The position numbers and the translations under genes are program-made. A stretch of DNA of 64,000 nucleotides, from the NCBI GenBank assembly GCA_027494055.1, contig JAOSJO010000024.1, positions 40,219 to 104,218 of the forward strand, written 5' to 3'. The notes under the pieces were generated by a model that did no database searches, was not told the origin of the DNA, and saw nothing but the letters and a program-made list of their open reading frames with translations. Of the stretch, positions 10,662 through 22,308 are shown in pieces. Source of the DNA: Anaerolineae bacterium (GTDB taxonomy: Bacteria > Chloroflexota > Anaerolineae > Aggregatilineales > JAFGMM01). Each line of letters begins with the position of its first letter. The stretch's first letter is position 1.

Positions 10662-10769
10662 GGGGCGTCCTTAGCAGGTCACTGCGAAAGCCAGCCCGTC
10701 GGGCCTAGTGCGGCCATTATATCATGAATTCTTCGTTAATCATGCATCAATTGTTGAAGCAAACGTACC

Positions 10770-11603
10770 TCAGAACCAGCGCGCGATGATGCGCTCCAGC
10801 CGCCCGTCTTCGATCATATCGACCAGCGCGGCATCGAGCACACGCCACAGCGCCTCGCCCTCGATGCGCACCGCCACCGCGTATGGCTCGTCCGTCACGT
10901 ACTCGACGACCTCCAGCGCGCCGGCGTTGGGATAGACCCACACCGAAATGGCGTCCACAACGGCGGCGTCTGCCGCACCGTCCACCAGCGCGTCCAGCGC
11001 CGCCACCGGCGCGTCATACCGGACGACATCCAGCGCGGCGCGCCGCCGCTGCTCCCGACGCGCCCACACGTCGCCCTCGCTGCCGAACTCCACCGCCACC
11101 GTCCGCCCTTCCAGGTCGGCGGCGCTGCGCAACGCCGCGCCCTTCGGGACCACCATCACCTGCCCGGCGTTGAGGTAGGGCCGCGTGTAGCGCACGTCGC
11201 CGGTCCGGTCCGGGTCCACGCGCAACGCGGAGATCACGGCGTCCACGAGCCACACGTCCAGGGCGTCGTACAGGCTGTCGTAGCCCATGACCGTGAACTG
11301 CACCTCCACGCCCAGCGCGTCTGCCAGCGCGCGCGCCAGGTCCACGTCGAGGCCGCTCATCTGGTCGTCGGCCAGCAATCCAAAGGGCGGGTTGTCGCCC
11401 TCGATGGCGACGCGCAGCGTGCCGCTCTCCAGCACGCGCTCCAGCGACTCGTCGTTCGCGCCGTGCAGCAGCAGCCACGCGAGCGCCACCAGCACGGCGC
11501 ATCCCGCCAACAACGCGGCCAGCCTCGCCCGCCGGCTGCGGGCGAGGGCGCGCCACGCCGCGCTTCTGTCCTCGGGTTGAGTCGTCAAGCTTCTTTGCCT
11601 CAC
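10770..11603 (-). CDS. Amino-acid ABC transporter substrate-binding protein (family 3)
   Basis: GTLRVAIEGDNPPF, GLDVDLARALA, YTRPY, DLEGRTVAV, GRLERIIARWF. Confidence 0.9.
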   Translation of the reverse strand: MRQRSLTTQPEDRSAAWRALARSRRARLAALLAGCAVLVALAWLLLHGANDESLERVLESGTLRVAIEGDNPPFGLLADDQMSGLDVDLARALADALGVEVQFTVMGYDSLYDALDVWLVDAVISALRVDPDRTGDVRYTRPYLNAGQVMVVPKGAALRSAADLEGRTVAVEFGSEGDVWARREQRRRAALDVVRYDAPVAALDALVDGAADAAVVDAISVWVYPNAGALEVVEYVTDEPYAVAVRIEGEALWRVLDAALVDMIEDGRLERIIARWF

Positions 11604-11621
11604 CAGTTCAAGGGAGCGCGC

Positions 11622-12801
11622 TCAGGGGAGCGCGCCATCCTGCGCCCAGCCGCGCGCGTAGGCGCGCACTTCTTCATAGATCGGTTTCAACTGGAAATCC
11701 GGCGTGACGAATGTGAAGTAGTCGCGCCAGTTGCCCTGCCGCTCTGGATAGCGGAACGCCCAGATGCACAACCGGTCGAGCCAGCCCCACTCCGCCTCGG
11801 ACCAGCGGAAGGCGTCGAGCGTGTAGGCGATGCGCTGCCCAGGCCGGACCGCGCGCGTCCACCGGGGGTGGTCGTTCCACCCCGCCTCGGTGATGTAGGC
11901 CGGCTTGTCGCCATCGCCGTAGCGCGCCATCAGCGCGCGCGTCAGCTCGGCGCGGCGGAAGTTGAGCACGTCCGGCGCCGGCGGGTCGTCGGGCGGGAAC
12001 TTGAACCCATAGGTGTGGATCGCCAGCGCGTCGAAGTAGGCCGCTGCGCCGGCTTCGTACATCCGCTCCAGGTAGACCAGGTCGTTCATGCCGTTGGGGC
12101 TGCCGGTCGGCTCCAGCGTGGGCGCGAGCGCGCCCGCGAGCACGGGGGACCTCCGGGGCCGCGGCCTTGATCACCGGGTAGCTGACGCGGAGCAGTTCGG
12201 TGTAGGCCTCCGGGTCTGGGACGCGATAGCCCCACTCGAAACCGAGGTTCGGCTCGTTCCACAGGATGACGCCCTCCAGCGTGGGGGCATAGCGCGCGGC
12301 AAAGGCGGCAGCGAACGCGGCAAAGTCGCCGTAGTGCGCCGCGTCCAGGTAGTTGTACGAGGTCTCCACCTCATCGGGGTCGGGGCGCGCCCACGCCGGC
12401 ACCATCCCGATGCGCGCGATCACCCTGATGCCCTGGTTTGCGGCGTGCTTCATGATCTCGTCGCTGTGCCACCAGTCGTAGCGGCCCTGGGCGCTTTCCA
12501 CGTAGGCCCACGGGAAGTACTCGACGATGGTCCCCGCGCCCATCTCGCGCACGAGCTGGAGGGTGCGCTGGATTTTCCACGGCTCGATCTCGTCGGTGAG
12601 GCGCGTGTGTACGCACGCGACGGGGTGTTCAGTCTGGACGGTCTGCGGCGGGCCGAGCACCGCACGCGGGAACATCGGCGCGAGCCACAGGCACACGTGG
12701 AGCACGATCAGCGCGCGCACGACCCAGGGGAGCCAGCGCGTGAGGCGGGCGGCGCGGAGGCGTCCCCGCGCGGCGTGAACGACGCAGACGATGTGGCGCA
12801 T
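11622..12801 (-). CDS. Clan GH-A glycoside hydrolase (GH39/GH5-like), frameshift near 12145
   Basis: FPWAYVE..GRYDW, ILWNEPN acid/base motif, FDALAIHTY, AYITEAGW nucleophile motif. Confidence 0.85.
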
Positions 12802-12908
12802 AGGGCGGCAGACCGACCTCGCTGTACGAACGGGGTATATCGTACCGCGTTTTCTCCGGCTTTGGGGAACGGTGCGGCGCGCTCTGGTGGGCGCGCCCGC
12901 GAGGGCGG

Positions 12909-14075
12909 CTAACGCACGTCGTCAGCCGCCGGTGGGAGGTAGACCCGTTTCACGCGCGGCAGCAGCGACGTGGTGACTTCGTAATTGATCGTCTCCGCCC
13001 AGCGCGCCACCTCCTCGGCGGTGATGCGCGCCTCGCCCTGCGCGCCAATGAGGACCACCGTGTCGTCTTGCTTCACGTCAGGGATGCCGGTCACATCGAC
13101 GACGAACTGGTCCATGCACACCCGCCCCACGATGGGCGCGCGCTGCCCGTTGATGAGCACCGCGCCCCGGTTCGAGAGCAGGCGGTGATAGCCGTCGCCG
13201 TAGCCGACCGGGACGAGCGCGACGGGCGTCGGGCGCGTGGTGGTGTACGTCCGCCCGTAGCTGATGCTCGACCCCGGCGGGAGCGTGCGCACGCGCGCGA
13301 CCCGGCTCTGCAACGCGAGCGCCGGCTGCAACGCGACCGGCGGCGCGACCTCGGCGTTGGGCCGCAGCCCGTAGATGGCGATGCCGGGCCGCACCGCGTC
13401 CAGGTGCGTCTCGGCGTGGAAAAGTGTGGCGGCGCTGTTGGCGCAGTGCCGCACCCGAAGACGGTGCCCCGCCGCCGCCACGGCGCGCAGCACGTCGGTG
13501 AAGCGGGCGAACTGCTGGCGGGTGTACGCCCGGCTCGCCTCTGCCGGCTCGTCGGCGACCGCGAAGTGCGTGAACATCCCCTCCAGGTCGAGACCCGGCA
13601 GCGCCGCGACCTGGTCCACGAACGCCGCCGCCTCCTCTGGCAGCAGGCCGAACCGCCCCATGCCGGTATCCACCTTGACGTGGACCGGCGCGCGGCGTCC
13701 GGCGGCCTCAGCCTGTGCGCTGACAGCCTGCGCGGCCTCCCAGGTTGTGAGTGTCGCCGTGAGGTTGTGCGCGACGATGAAGGGCGCGGCATCCGGCGGC
13801 GCGTAACCCATCACCAGGATGGGCGCGGCCAGCCCTGCCTGGCGCAGCGCGACGCCCTCATCCACGCGCGCGACGGCCAGCCGGGTCGCCCCGCCCGCGA
13901 GCGCGGCGCGCGCTGCTTCGGCGGCCCCGTGGCCGTAGCCGTTCGCCTTCACGACCGCGATGACCTCCACCGGCCCGCCCACGTGCGCCTTGAGGGCACG
14001 CACATTGTGCATGATCACGCTCAGGTCGATGACGGCATACGTAATCGCCCCGTCGGCTGGCGGGTTGGTGGTCAT
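12909..14075 (-). CDS. alr: Alanine racemase
   Basis: AVVKANGYGHG PLP-lysine motif, HVKVDTGMGRFG, GYGDGY, GRVCMDQ, TINYE. Confidence 0.98.
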   Translation of the reverse strand: MTTNPPADGAITYAVIDLSVIMHNVRALKAHVGGPVEVIAVVKANGYGHGAAEAARAALAGGATRLAVARVDEGVALRQAGLAAPILVMGYAPPDAAPFIVAHNLTATLTTWEAAQAVSAQAEAAGRRAPVHVKVDTGMGRFGLLPEEAAAFVDQVAALPGLDLEGMFTHFAVADEPAEASRAYTRQQFARFTDVLRAVAAAGHRLRVRHCANSAATLFHAETHLDAVRPGIAIYGLRPNAEVAPPVALQPALALQSRVARVRTLPPGSSISYGRTYTTTRPTPVALVPVGYGDGYHRLLSNRGAVLINGQRAPIVGRVCMDQFVVDVTGIPDVKQDDTVVLIGAQGEARITAEEVARWAETINYEVTTSLLPRVKRVYLPPAADDVR

Positions 14076-14134
14076 GCTGGTCCCCCCATGTGGATGCAAA
14101 GACGCCGGTTTGCCGTGCCGTCGAGTCTACGCGC

Positions 14135-15249
14135 CTACTGCCGGTTCTGCCATTCCTGCACCGTGGTCTGGAGGAACTCGCGCACGTCTGGATCGACCAC
14201 GTCGCCGACGCCCTCGTAGAAATGGCCGTCAACCTCGATGGACACTCCCACGCCGGTCACGCTCTGGCGGATGTGGATCGACCGGTCGGAGAGCGCCGGC
14301 GTGTGCTGAAGCTTGTATTGCAGGAAGTCCTCGATTTCGTCGACGATGCCCGGCGCTTGCGCCCTCGTCGCCGATAACGGCGTCTGCCCGGCGAACACGC
14401 GGCCCAACTGGCGGAGCATGTGCGGCGGGGCTTCTTCTTCGAGGCCCGGCAGCGCCAGTGTGGCGTCAGTTGGGTCTTCTCTGCCCGCAGAGGGCGCGGT
14501 GTGCGCTGCGGCCTCCGGCTCAAGGTCGGCCATCTCGTTGAGGTTGCGCACCAGGCCCACGAAGCGGCGGCGCAGGTCCGGGTCGGGCACGTCATTGAGG
14601 CGGCGGTAGCGCGCGCCGCCGAAATCGACGATCAGCGCGCCGTCGGCAAGATCGCGCCACACGCGCATCACTTCCACCGAGTCGGCGGGCGGTTCTTGCG
14701 TGGGGTCTGCCGCCGGGTTGCCGGCGTGCGCCTGGGGAGGGGCATCCTACCCTCGGACGCTGGGCGCTCGGCGGGCGCGGCAGCAGCCGTGGCGGCCGGC
14801 GCGCCGAAACTCACAACCGGCCCCAGGGTGCTCCGTTTCGCCGCCGGCTCCTGTGGCGCCGGGTCCTGCGCGGCGGCTTCGACTGCCGCGCTGCTCCCGT
14901 CAGGCGACGGCCCCTTGCCGTCATGCGCGCCGGCCGGCGCGCCGCTGTCTGGAGCGCCGCTCACTTGTGCGCCACTTGCAGGTGCAGCGGCTTTGGCCTT
15001 GCGCGCGTCCTCCGGCTCCATGAAGAAGTTGACGATGGCCCCCCACACGCCCGACCGGCTGCGCGCCGGCGCGGGCTGTACTGTTGTCTTGGGCGCCTTG
15101 GGCGGCATCTCGCCGCGCTCGCGCTTTGCGCGCGTGTTGCGCCGGTAGACGATCCACCAGACCATGACCAGCAGCACCACGGAGGCGCCGATGGTCATCA
15201 CGCACAGCGACATCACGCCAGGTTGACCGAAAAAGTCCAGGAAGTCCAT
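14135..15249 (-). CDS. Hypothetical single-TM protein with conserved-looking C-terminal domain (frameshift near 14700)
   Basis: ORFs 14668-15249 and 14135-14677 abut; N-terminal TM, Pro/Ala linker, C-terminal IVDEIEDFLQ..IEVDGHFYEGVGDVVDPDVR. Confidence 0.6.
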
Positions 15250-15543
15250 GTCTCTGCCTCACGACGGCAAGTCGGGAGCGTGCGCATGAAGTCATGTGAT
15301 GGCCCAAACTTGCCTTAACTGACCATACATGCTCTATCTATTATTTTGCATCGATTGGGCGCAGACGCAAGCCCTGTGGCGGCCATAAAGCGCAAGATTA
15401 ACAAATCTCTCTCAATTCTGAACGTTTTCCGCGCGCCGGCCCGCTGCTTGCGAGCGCCGGTGTGATGTGTTAGCTTTGCGCCATCGACGATTCGCCTTAC
15501 GCGCGCATTGGGCGCGCGCACTGCGAAAGGGAGACACGACGCC

Positions 15544-16156
15544 TTGCGCACCCGACCCCGATGGATGCTCCTCAGCCTCGGCGCTCTGATCGTTGCGGCG
15601 CTGTTCCTGTTTCCTCAATGGTGGCCGCTGGTCGCGGGGCGGCCCGCGCTGGTCTCGTTCCCCGGCGTCTCTGACGAGGAACGCGCCGCCCTGGAGACCG
15701 TCCAGGCCATCGACCCGACCGAGGCCGCCGCAGTCTACATCGCGGGCACGCCCACGACCGTGCCCGAAGACATGCAGACCATGCCCGACATGGAACTGCC
15801 CATCATCCTCGCGCGCGGCGAGTTCCAGGAACTGGACGCGCTGCATTGGGCCACAGGCACGGTGACGCTCTTCCGGTCGGGCAGCGAGGTCATCATCGTC
15901 TTCGAGAACTTCAGCGCGCGCAACGGCCCCGACCTGTACGTGCTGCTCTCGGTCCACCCGGAGCCGCGCACGAGCGCCGAGGTCCATCAGGGTGCGGGCG
16001 CGGTCGAGGTGGGGCCGTTGGTCGGGAGCGTCGGCGCGCAGAGCTACACCGTGCCGGAGAGCGTCGATATTGCGCTGTACAACAGCGTGGTCATCTACTC
16101 GCGCGCGTTCGACACGATTTTCAGCGTCGCGCCCCCTGACGCCGGAGGAGTTCTGA
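15544..16156 (+). CDS. DM13 domain protein (end frameshifted)
   Basis: LARGEF..LHWATGTV..FENFSARNGPDLYVLLS..GAQSYTVP..YNSVVIYS; AGGGAG RBS before TTG. Confidence 0.85.
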
Positions 16157-16194
16157 GCGGCGCGGTCACACGGCGCGCGCCTCCACCCTTCACC

Positions 16195-17568
16195 CTACAT
16201 AGCGCCGGGCGGCGGCCATTCGAAGTGCAGCTCATGCTCGCCAAGCTGGAGCACGTCGCCGTGCGCGAGGTACGTGGTGCGGGCCGGCTGCCCATTGACG
16301 CGCGTCTCCTGCGGGCTGACCTGGCTTTCCAGGTAGTAGTCCGGCGGGCGACGCGAGGATGGTCGCGTGTACAGGCGCAAGGCCGGGCAGCGTCAGGTGG
16401 CTGCCGGGGCCGCCGCCGATGAGAAAAGGCGAGGCGAGGATTGGCGTCCGTTTGCCCGGCCCCGCCGCGCCCCATGCCGTCAGCATCGCGCCAGAGGCCG
16501 GCGGCGCGTCAACCGCGCCTGCCGGGGCCGCGTCCAACGGCTCCCTTGATTCGGGCGGCGTCGGCTGGTCGGCGGGCGGTTGGGGCGTCCAGCGCGGCGG
16601 CGGCGCTTCCTGATCGGGGGTGTCGGCTGGTCGTGAGGCGGCTGCGGCGGCCACTCAACCGGCCTCTGCGCGCGCCCCGGCGTCGGCGTCTGCAACGGCG
16701 GGAGGACCTGTTGCGGCGGAGGCTGTGCCGGGGGCGGTGCATAGGGTTGAGGCGTTTGGGCCGCCGGCTGGTACGCCTGCGGCGGATACGCTGGATATTG
16801 GGGCGACACGGCGGCTTCGGGTTTGGGCGCTTCGGGCTTGCGGCGGCGCAGCGCCATAACTAGCGCCTGCACACCGAGGCCGATCACCATCGCGGGGACG
16901 ATGACGGCCAAATTTAGATTCTGCACCAGACCGACCGAGACCAGCACTGCGCCCAGGATTGCGGCCATCACCGTGGGCAAGCGGCGCGAGATGAGCAACA
17001 GCCCGATCGCGCCGGCAATGGCGCACACGACTAATATCAGCACGGAGCCTGCGGAAAGCGGCACCCTGTACGTTTCCAGCAGGCGGGATACCAGAAATCC
17101 TGAAACAATCGCGCCGGTTAGCAACTCCGTTGTCGCGAGCGCGCCAACGATCCCGATCAGCGCGGCGATTGCTAACACCCAGCCGTCCGGCAATTCCTGT
17201 GCGACGTCCAGCACAATGATGCCGACTACTAGCCCTAGTGCGAAGCCAGGGCCTGCTACCACTGGGATGTACACTCGCCCACCCACGAGCAGCAGGACGA
17301 CCCCAACGAGGATCAACAGAGCGCGTATCCAGATTGGCAGTTCCAACCGAAACGAGCGTACCTGCTCCTCTAGCTGGTCACGGAGGTCCTGAACCTCTGC
17401 TTGCATCTGCTGAAACGTCTCTTCGGTCTGCTGAAAAGCCGTCTGATCCAGCGGGACACCCAGATCGACCAGGAACTTCTCCAACGAGCCGACGTCGGCG
17501 GTCGAGCAGCCGGCCAACAGCAGCACCGCAAGCAAGGACACAACCAGAATGCTGACGCGCGCGCGCAT
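16195..17568 (-). CDS. Lipoprotein-signal, multi-TM (DUF4203-like), Pro-rich, degenerate FHA domain protein (frameshifted)
   Basis: LLAGC lipobox, ~7 TM segments, PQAYQP linker; TRVNGQP..LAHGDVLQLGEHELHF FHA-like C-terminus in other frames. Confidence 0.6.
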
Positions 17569-17612
17569 GACCCTCTCCCGTGTTTGTTCGCCTTTTCATG
17601 GTTCTGAGGTCG

Positions 17613-18074
17613 CTACTTCGCATCCGGGCGGATGAGCATCACCGGGACCGTGACGGCCTGCACCACCTTCTGCGCCACGCTGCCCAATAGCCAGCGCGTG
17701 ATGCCCGTGCGCCCATGTGTCGAAATCACGACAAGATCGACTTCGTTCGCCTCGACGTAATTGTAGATGCCGGTCGCCGGCCCGGTGGCTTCGATGATCT
17801 CCTCCCGCACCTGCACGCCCTCTTTACGAAGCACGTTGCGCAGCCCGACGAGGTACACGCGCATGTTCTCGATCACCGCCTGCATCTGCTCCTCCTGCCC
17901 GGCCAGCACCACCTGGTCGGCCATCGCGCGGAACGGGGAGACGTACACGTGCAGGAGGATCAGTTCCGCCTCGTGCTTGCGCGCAAGCTGCGCCGCGTGC
18001 GGAATCGCAAGCTCGGCGAACCCGGAACCGTCAAGCGGCACCACGATGCGCTTATACTGTGGGCCATCATTCAT
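17613..18074 (-). CDS. Universal stress protein
   Basis: YKRIVVPLDGS, DLVVISTHGRTG..WLLGSVAQKV. Confidence 0.95.
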   Translation of the reverse strand: MNDGPQYKRIVVPLDGSGFAELAIPHAAQLARKHEAELILLHVYVSPFRAMADQVVLAGQEEQMQAVIENMRVYLVGLRNVLRKEGVQVREEIIEATGPATGIYNYVEANEVDLVVISTHGRTGITRWLLGSVAQKVVQAVTVPVMLIRPDAK

Positions 18075-18235
18075 GGTTCCCGTCCTTACGCCAGGTTTCT
18101 CTTACCCGCATTGTACCAGATAGTCGGCGGGGGCGCGCGTATCCTGCAAAGCGGGTTGGTGTTTATCTAGGTGAAGAGTACAATAAGCACAGGTGAGATG
18201 ATTCACCGCGTCGTAGAAGGGACGGGAGGCGCAAA

Positions 18236-18949
<714 letters not shown>

Positions 18950-18997
18950 GCCGCGCGCGCGGGAACGCAAGCGCGTCAACCGGAAAAGCTGCATATG

Positions 18998-19021
18998 AGG
19001 GCACAGGGCCGCCTGTGCCCT
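18998..19021. repeat. REP-like palindrome between convergent genes
   Basis: agggcacagggccgcctgtgccct. Confidence 0.5.
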
Positions 19022-19040
19022 TTCTGTGTTTGTGCGGGCG

Positions 19041-20059
19041 TCACCGGAGGTACGGCTCCGGGCGGGGGTGGCGCGCGTCCTCCCAGAAGGCCGCGTGGAG
19101 CGGGGAGGCGTCGAGGGGCGACGTCCCCAGGGTGTCCGGGGCGTCGGGATCGATGAAGGCCACGTCGAGCGCCTCCACGCCGTCGGCGCGCAGCCGGCCG
19201 CCGATCACGCCGCACTCGAACAGCGCGCCGACCGGGCGGACCTCGTCGCCGTTGGGGTAGCGGACGATCCACGCGGGGTTGCTGTACACGCCGATCAGCC
19301 GCGTAGGCCGCACGTGCAGCCCGGTTTCCTCATGGACCTCGCGGACGGCGGTGCCGGTGGCGGTCTCGCCCAGCTCGCACCAGCCGCCGGGCATGTCCCA
19401 CGTGCCGAGGTCGCCGCGCCGGATTGCCAGCACGCGCCCGTTCACGTCGCGGACGACTGTCGCCGCGCCGGGCAGCGTCACGCGCGCTGCGCCGACGTAC
19501 TGCCGGAGCGTCTCAACGTGCCCCGGCGGGCCGGCGGGGGCGCACACCGCGCGCTCGATGGGGGCGTCCGCGCGGCGGCGAGGGCGTCGCCAAGCATGTG
19601 CCGGTAATGCGGCGGAAGGCGCGACAGGGCCACGCCGGGCGCTTCGAAGCGCACGCCGGTGATCTCGCTGCCGTCCGCGCGCAGTTCGCCGCCGGCAGCG
19701 TGCCCGGCAAAGCACACCGTCCACGGCTGGACCAGGTCGCCGTTGGGATAGGCCAGGTTGTACGCGGGGTCGCTGTAGATGCCCACCAGCCGGTCGAGGC
19801 GCACGTGAAGGCCTGTCTCTTCACGCACCTCGCGGCGGGCGCAGCCGGCCAGGTCTTCGTCTGGCTCCAGGACGCCGCCCGGCAGGCCCGGCCAGTCGAA
19901 GTCGGCGCGGCGCTGGACGAGGACGTTGCCCGCGTCGTCGAACACGACGGCGGTGGCGTAGACGAGCAGGAGGCGCTGCCGCCCGACGCGCCGACGTATC
20001 CAGGCGACGTAGTCTGCGCCGGAAGCGGCGTCGTGGTCGGAGGCGGCGCGGCGCGTCAC
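19041..20059 (-). CDS. Tandem double NUDIX hydrolase (frameshift near 19560)
   Basis: Two Nudix boxes: PGGVLEPDED..ARREVREETGL and PGGWCELGET..AVREVHEETGL; repeated YPNGD motif. Confidence 0.85.
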
Positions 20060-20736
20060 ATGCTTTCCATCACGTCGAGCACGTCGGCGAGCAGCGTGTC
20101 GAAGAGGCGGGCCATTGTCTCATCCGGGGCCTGGTAAGGGCCGCCGAAGGAGCCATCGCCCAGCAGGGCGCGCGCCGTCTCTGCGGTGGCGTCGAACGGG
20201 AGGTTGACGCGCTTCTTCTCGCCCTGGGGCAGCGCGCCCACCCTGGTAAAGGGGAACGCCTCGCACCAGTTGGCGTGTTCCAGTGGCAGGCCCTCGCGCG
20301 CCATGAAGGCTTCGGCGGCAGGCGCGTTGTACCACTCGTACCAGACAATCCGCAGGCCGTCCACCTCGTCCTGCAGGCTGTCGAGTTGCGGCGGGCGCGT
20401 GTTGCCGCTGTGCCCGTTGAGGATGAGGATGCGCCGGAAGCCATGCTCGACGAGGTCCATCACCAGTTCGTACACGACCTGATGAAACGTCGCCTCCGAG
20501 AGGCTGAGCGTGCCCGGAAAGTCCATGAAGTAGGGCGAGACGCCGAAGTTCAGCGGCGGCGCGACGAGCGCCTGCGTGCGCACCGACGCGGCGTTCGCGA
20601 GCGCCATCGGGATGCGCACATCGGTGAGCAGGCTCAGGTAGCCGTGCTGCTCGGTGGTGCCCACGGGCAGGATGACGCGGTCGTCGCGCTGGAGATAGTC
20701 TTCGACATCCATCCACGAGAGTTCAGCGAATTCCAT
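20056..20736 (-). CDS. Creatininase/creatinine amidohydrolase family protein
   Basis: LPVGTTEQHG, FPGTLSL, ILNGHSGN, EHANWCE. Confidence 0.92.
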   Translation of the reverse strand: MEFAELSWMDVEDYLQRDDRVILPVGTTEQHGYLSLLTDVRIPMALANAASVRTQALVAPPLNFGVSPYFMDFPGTLSLSEATFHQVVYELVMDLVEHGFRRILILNGHSGNTRPPQLDSLQDEVDGLRIVWYEWYNAPAAEAFMAREGLPLEHANWCEAFPFTRVGALPQGEKKRVNLPFDATAETARALLGDGSFGGPYQAPDETMARLFDTLLADVLDVMESM

Positions 20737-20778
20737 GACGTATCCTGTTCTGTTTGTGCGTGCCCGGAGAACGCCGGA

Positions 20779-22044
20779 TCAGGTCGCAAGAATTGGCAAC
20801 GCGATGCTGAAGGTACTGCCCATATCCGGGCCGGGGCTTTCGGCCCAGACGCGGCCCCTGTGCGCCTCGACCAGCGCGCGCGCGATGGACAGGCCCAGCC
20901 CCATCCCGCCGTGGCGGCGTGTCATGTGGTCCTCGACCTGGTGGAACTGGTTGAAGATGCGGTCGATGTGCTCGGCGGGAATCCCGACGCCGGTGTCGCG
21001 CACGCGCAGCCAGACCTCGTCGCCGTGTTGTTCGGTCCACACGGCGATCTCCCCGCCGGCCGGCGTGAACTTCACCGCGTTGTTCAGCAAATTGGTGACG
21101 GCCATCGTCAGGCGGGAGCGGTCGGCGCTGATGGCGACCGGCGGCTCCGGGAGCTGGACCCGGAGCAGGTGGCTCTTGGCCTCGGCCATCGACGCGGTGT
21201 CCTGCGCTGCGGCCTGCATGATCTCGGCGATGGGGAGGGGTTCCATCGTGAGTTCGCCCTCCGACACCTGCAGGTAGCGCAGGTTGGTCATGTCTTCGAT
21301 GAGGTTGCGCAGGTGGAGGGCGCTGTTGAGCACCGCTGAGGCGTGGTCGCTCATGCTTCCCTGCGCCTCGTCTTTCAGGAAGCTGGCGTAGCCCAGGATC
21401 ACGCCGAGCGGCGTGCGCAACTCGTGCGAGGCGATGGCGATGAAGTCGTTCTTCAGGCGGTCCAGCTTGGCGAGTTCTTCATTCGCTTTGCGCAGCGCCT
21501 CGACCAGGCGCGCGTTCTCAACCGCGACCGCCGCCTGCGAGGCGAGCAGCATCAGGTGGTTGCGGTCATCGACCGTCCATTCGCCGCTCTGCTTGTTGAT
21601 GGACTCCACCACGCCGATGACCCGGTCGCGGACGCGCATGGGGACGCCCAGCAGCGACCGCACCTCCAGGTTGACCTGCTCGCCGACCTGGCGGTAGTGG
21701 CGCGGGTCCTGGCTGGTGTCGTTGATGCAGATGGTCCGATTCTCGCGCGCGATGGTACCGGCGATGCTGTGATCGAGCGGCACGCGGATCTGCGCCAGCG
21801 ACTCGATGGGTGTGTTGGTCGTCGCGACGAAGCGCAGCTCGTTCGTTTTGCGGTCCATAAGCAGGACGGAAACGTCCTGCGCGTCCGTGAGTTCGACGGC
21901 CACTTCCAGGATGTATTGTAGCAGGGGGCGCAGTTGCAGCGTGGAATTCAGCACCAGACTCACCTCAAGCAGGCGGCTGAGCGAGGCAATCCGGTTGTGC
22001 AGTTCCTGGATTTCGGGCTGGATATCCGACACGGGCGCACCCAT
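20779..22044 (-). CDS. GAF-domain sensor histidine kinase
   Basis: GAF domain (SLLGVPM..VIGVVESINK), ASHELRTPL H-box, NLLNNAVKFT, DTGVGIP, GMGLGLSI. Confidence 0.95.
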   Translation of the reverse strand: MGAPVSDIQPEIQELHNRIASLSRLLEVSLVLNSTLQLRPLLQYILEVAVELTDAQDVSVLLMDRKTNELRFVATTNTPIESLAQIRVPLDHSIAGTIARENRTICINDTSQDPRHYRQVGEQVNLEVRSLLGVPMRVRDRVIGVVESINKQSGEWTVDDRNHLMLLASQAAVAVENARLVEALRKANEELAKLDRLKNDFIAIASHELRTPLGVILGYASFLKDEAQGSMSDHASAVLNSALHLRNLIEDMTNLRYLQVSEGELTMEPLPIAEIMQAAAQDTASMAEAKSHLLRVQLPEPPVAISADRSRLTMAVTNLLNNAVKFTPAGGEIAVWTEQHGDEVWLRVRDTGVGIPAEHIDRIFNQFHQVEDHMTRRHGGMGLGLSIARALVEAHRGRVWAESPGPDMGSTFSIALPILAT

Positions 22045-22122
22045 CGCGATCTGCGGTCGCGAGATTGTCAAGCCGCGCACGGGGAATCGTACATCACATT
22101 TCAGGCCCCCGCAATCCGGAGT

Positions 22123-22301
22123 TTTGGGGCGGGGAGTCAGGGCGACGTTGAATGCCCATCGTGAAGGATGAAGCCCCGGTAAGGGCCGCGAAGGTGCGCC
22201 GCGCCGCCGCCCGCAGCTCCCAGGGAGCTTCAAGCTCCCTGGGAGCTACCGAGGGTGCTGTTTTCAGGGCGGGTTCAGTACGCACGGCGCACTGCCTCAG
22301 A
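22123..22301 (+). ncRNA. Candidate 6S-like RNA (rod with central bubble), containing a 15-bp-arm palindrome
   Basis: Hand-folded closing stem 22123-22132/22292-22301, GUUGAAU/GUUCAGU and GCCC/GGGC helices, then bubble and GCCCCGGUA/UACCGAGGGU; 3' motif GCGGGUUCA..ACGGC resembles Firmicute 6S. Confidence 0.35.
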
Positions 22302-22308
22302 CGCGCGA

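Noticed and set aside
22190-22300. SRP RNA
   Set aside because: No CAGG-CCGGAAGG-AGCAG domain IV motif on either strand.
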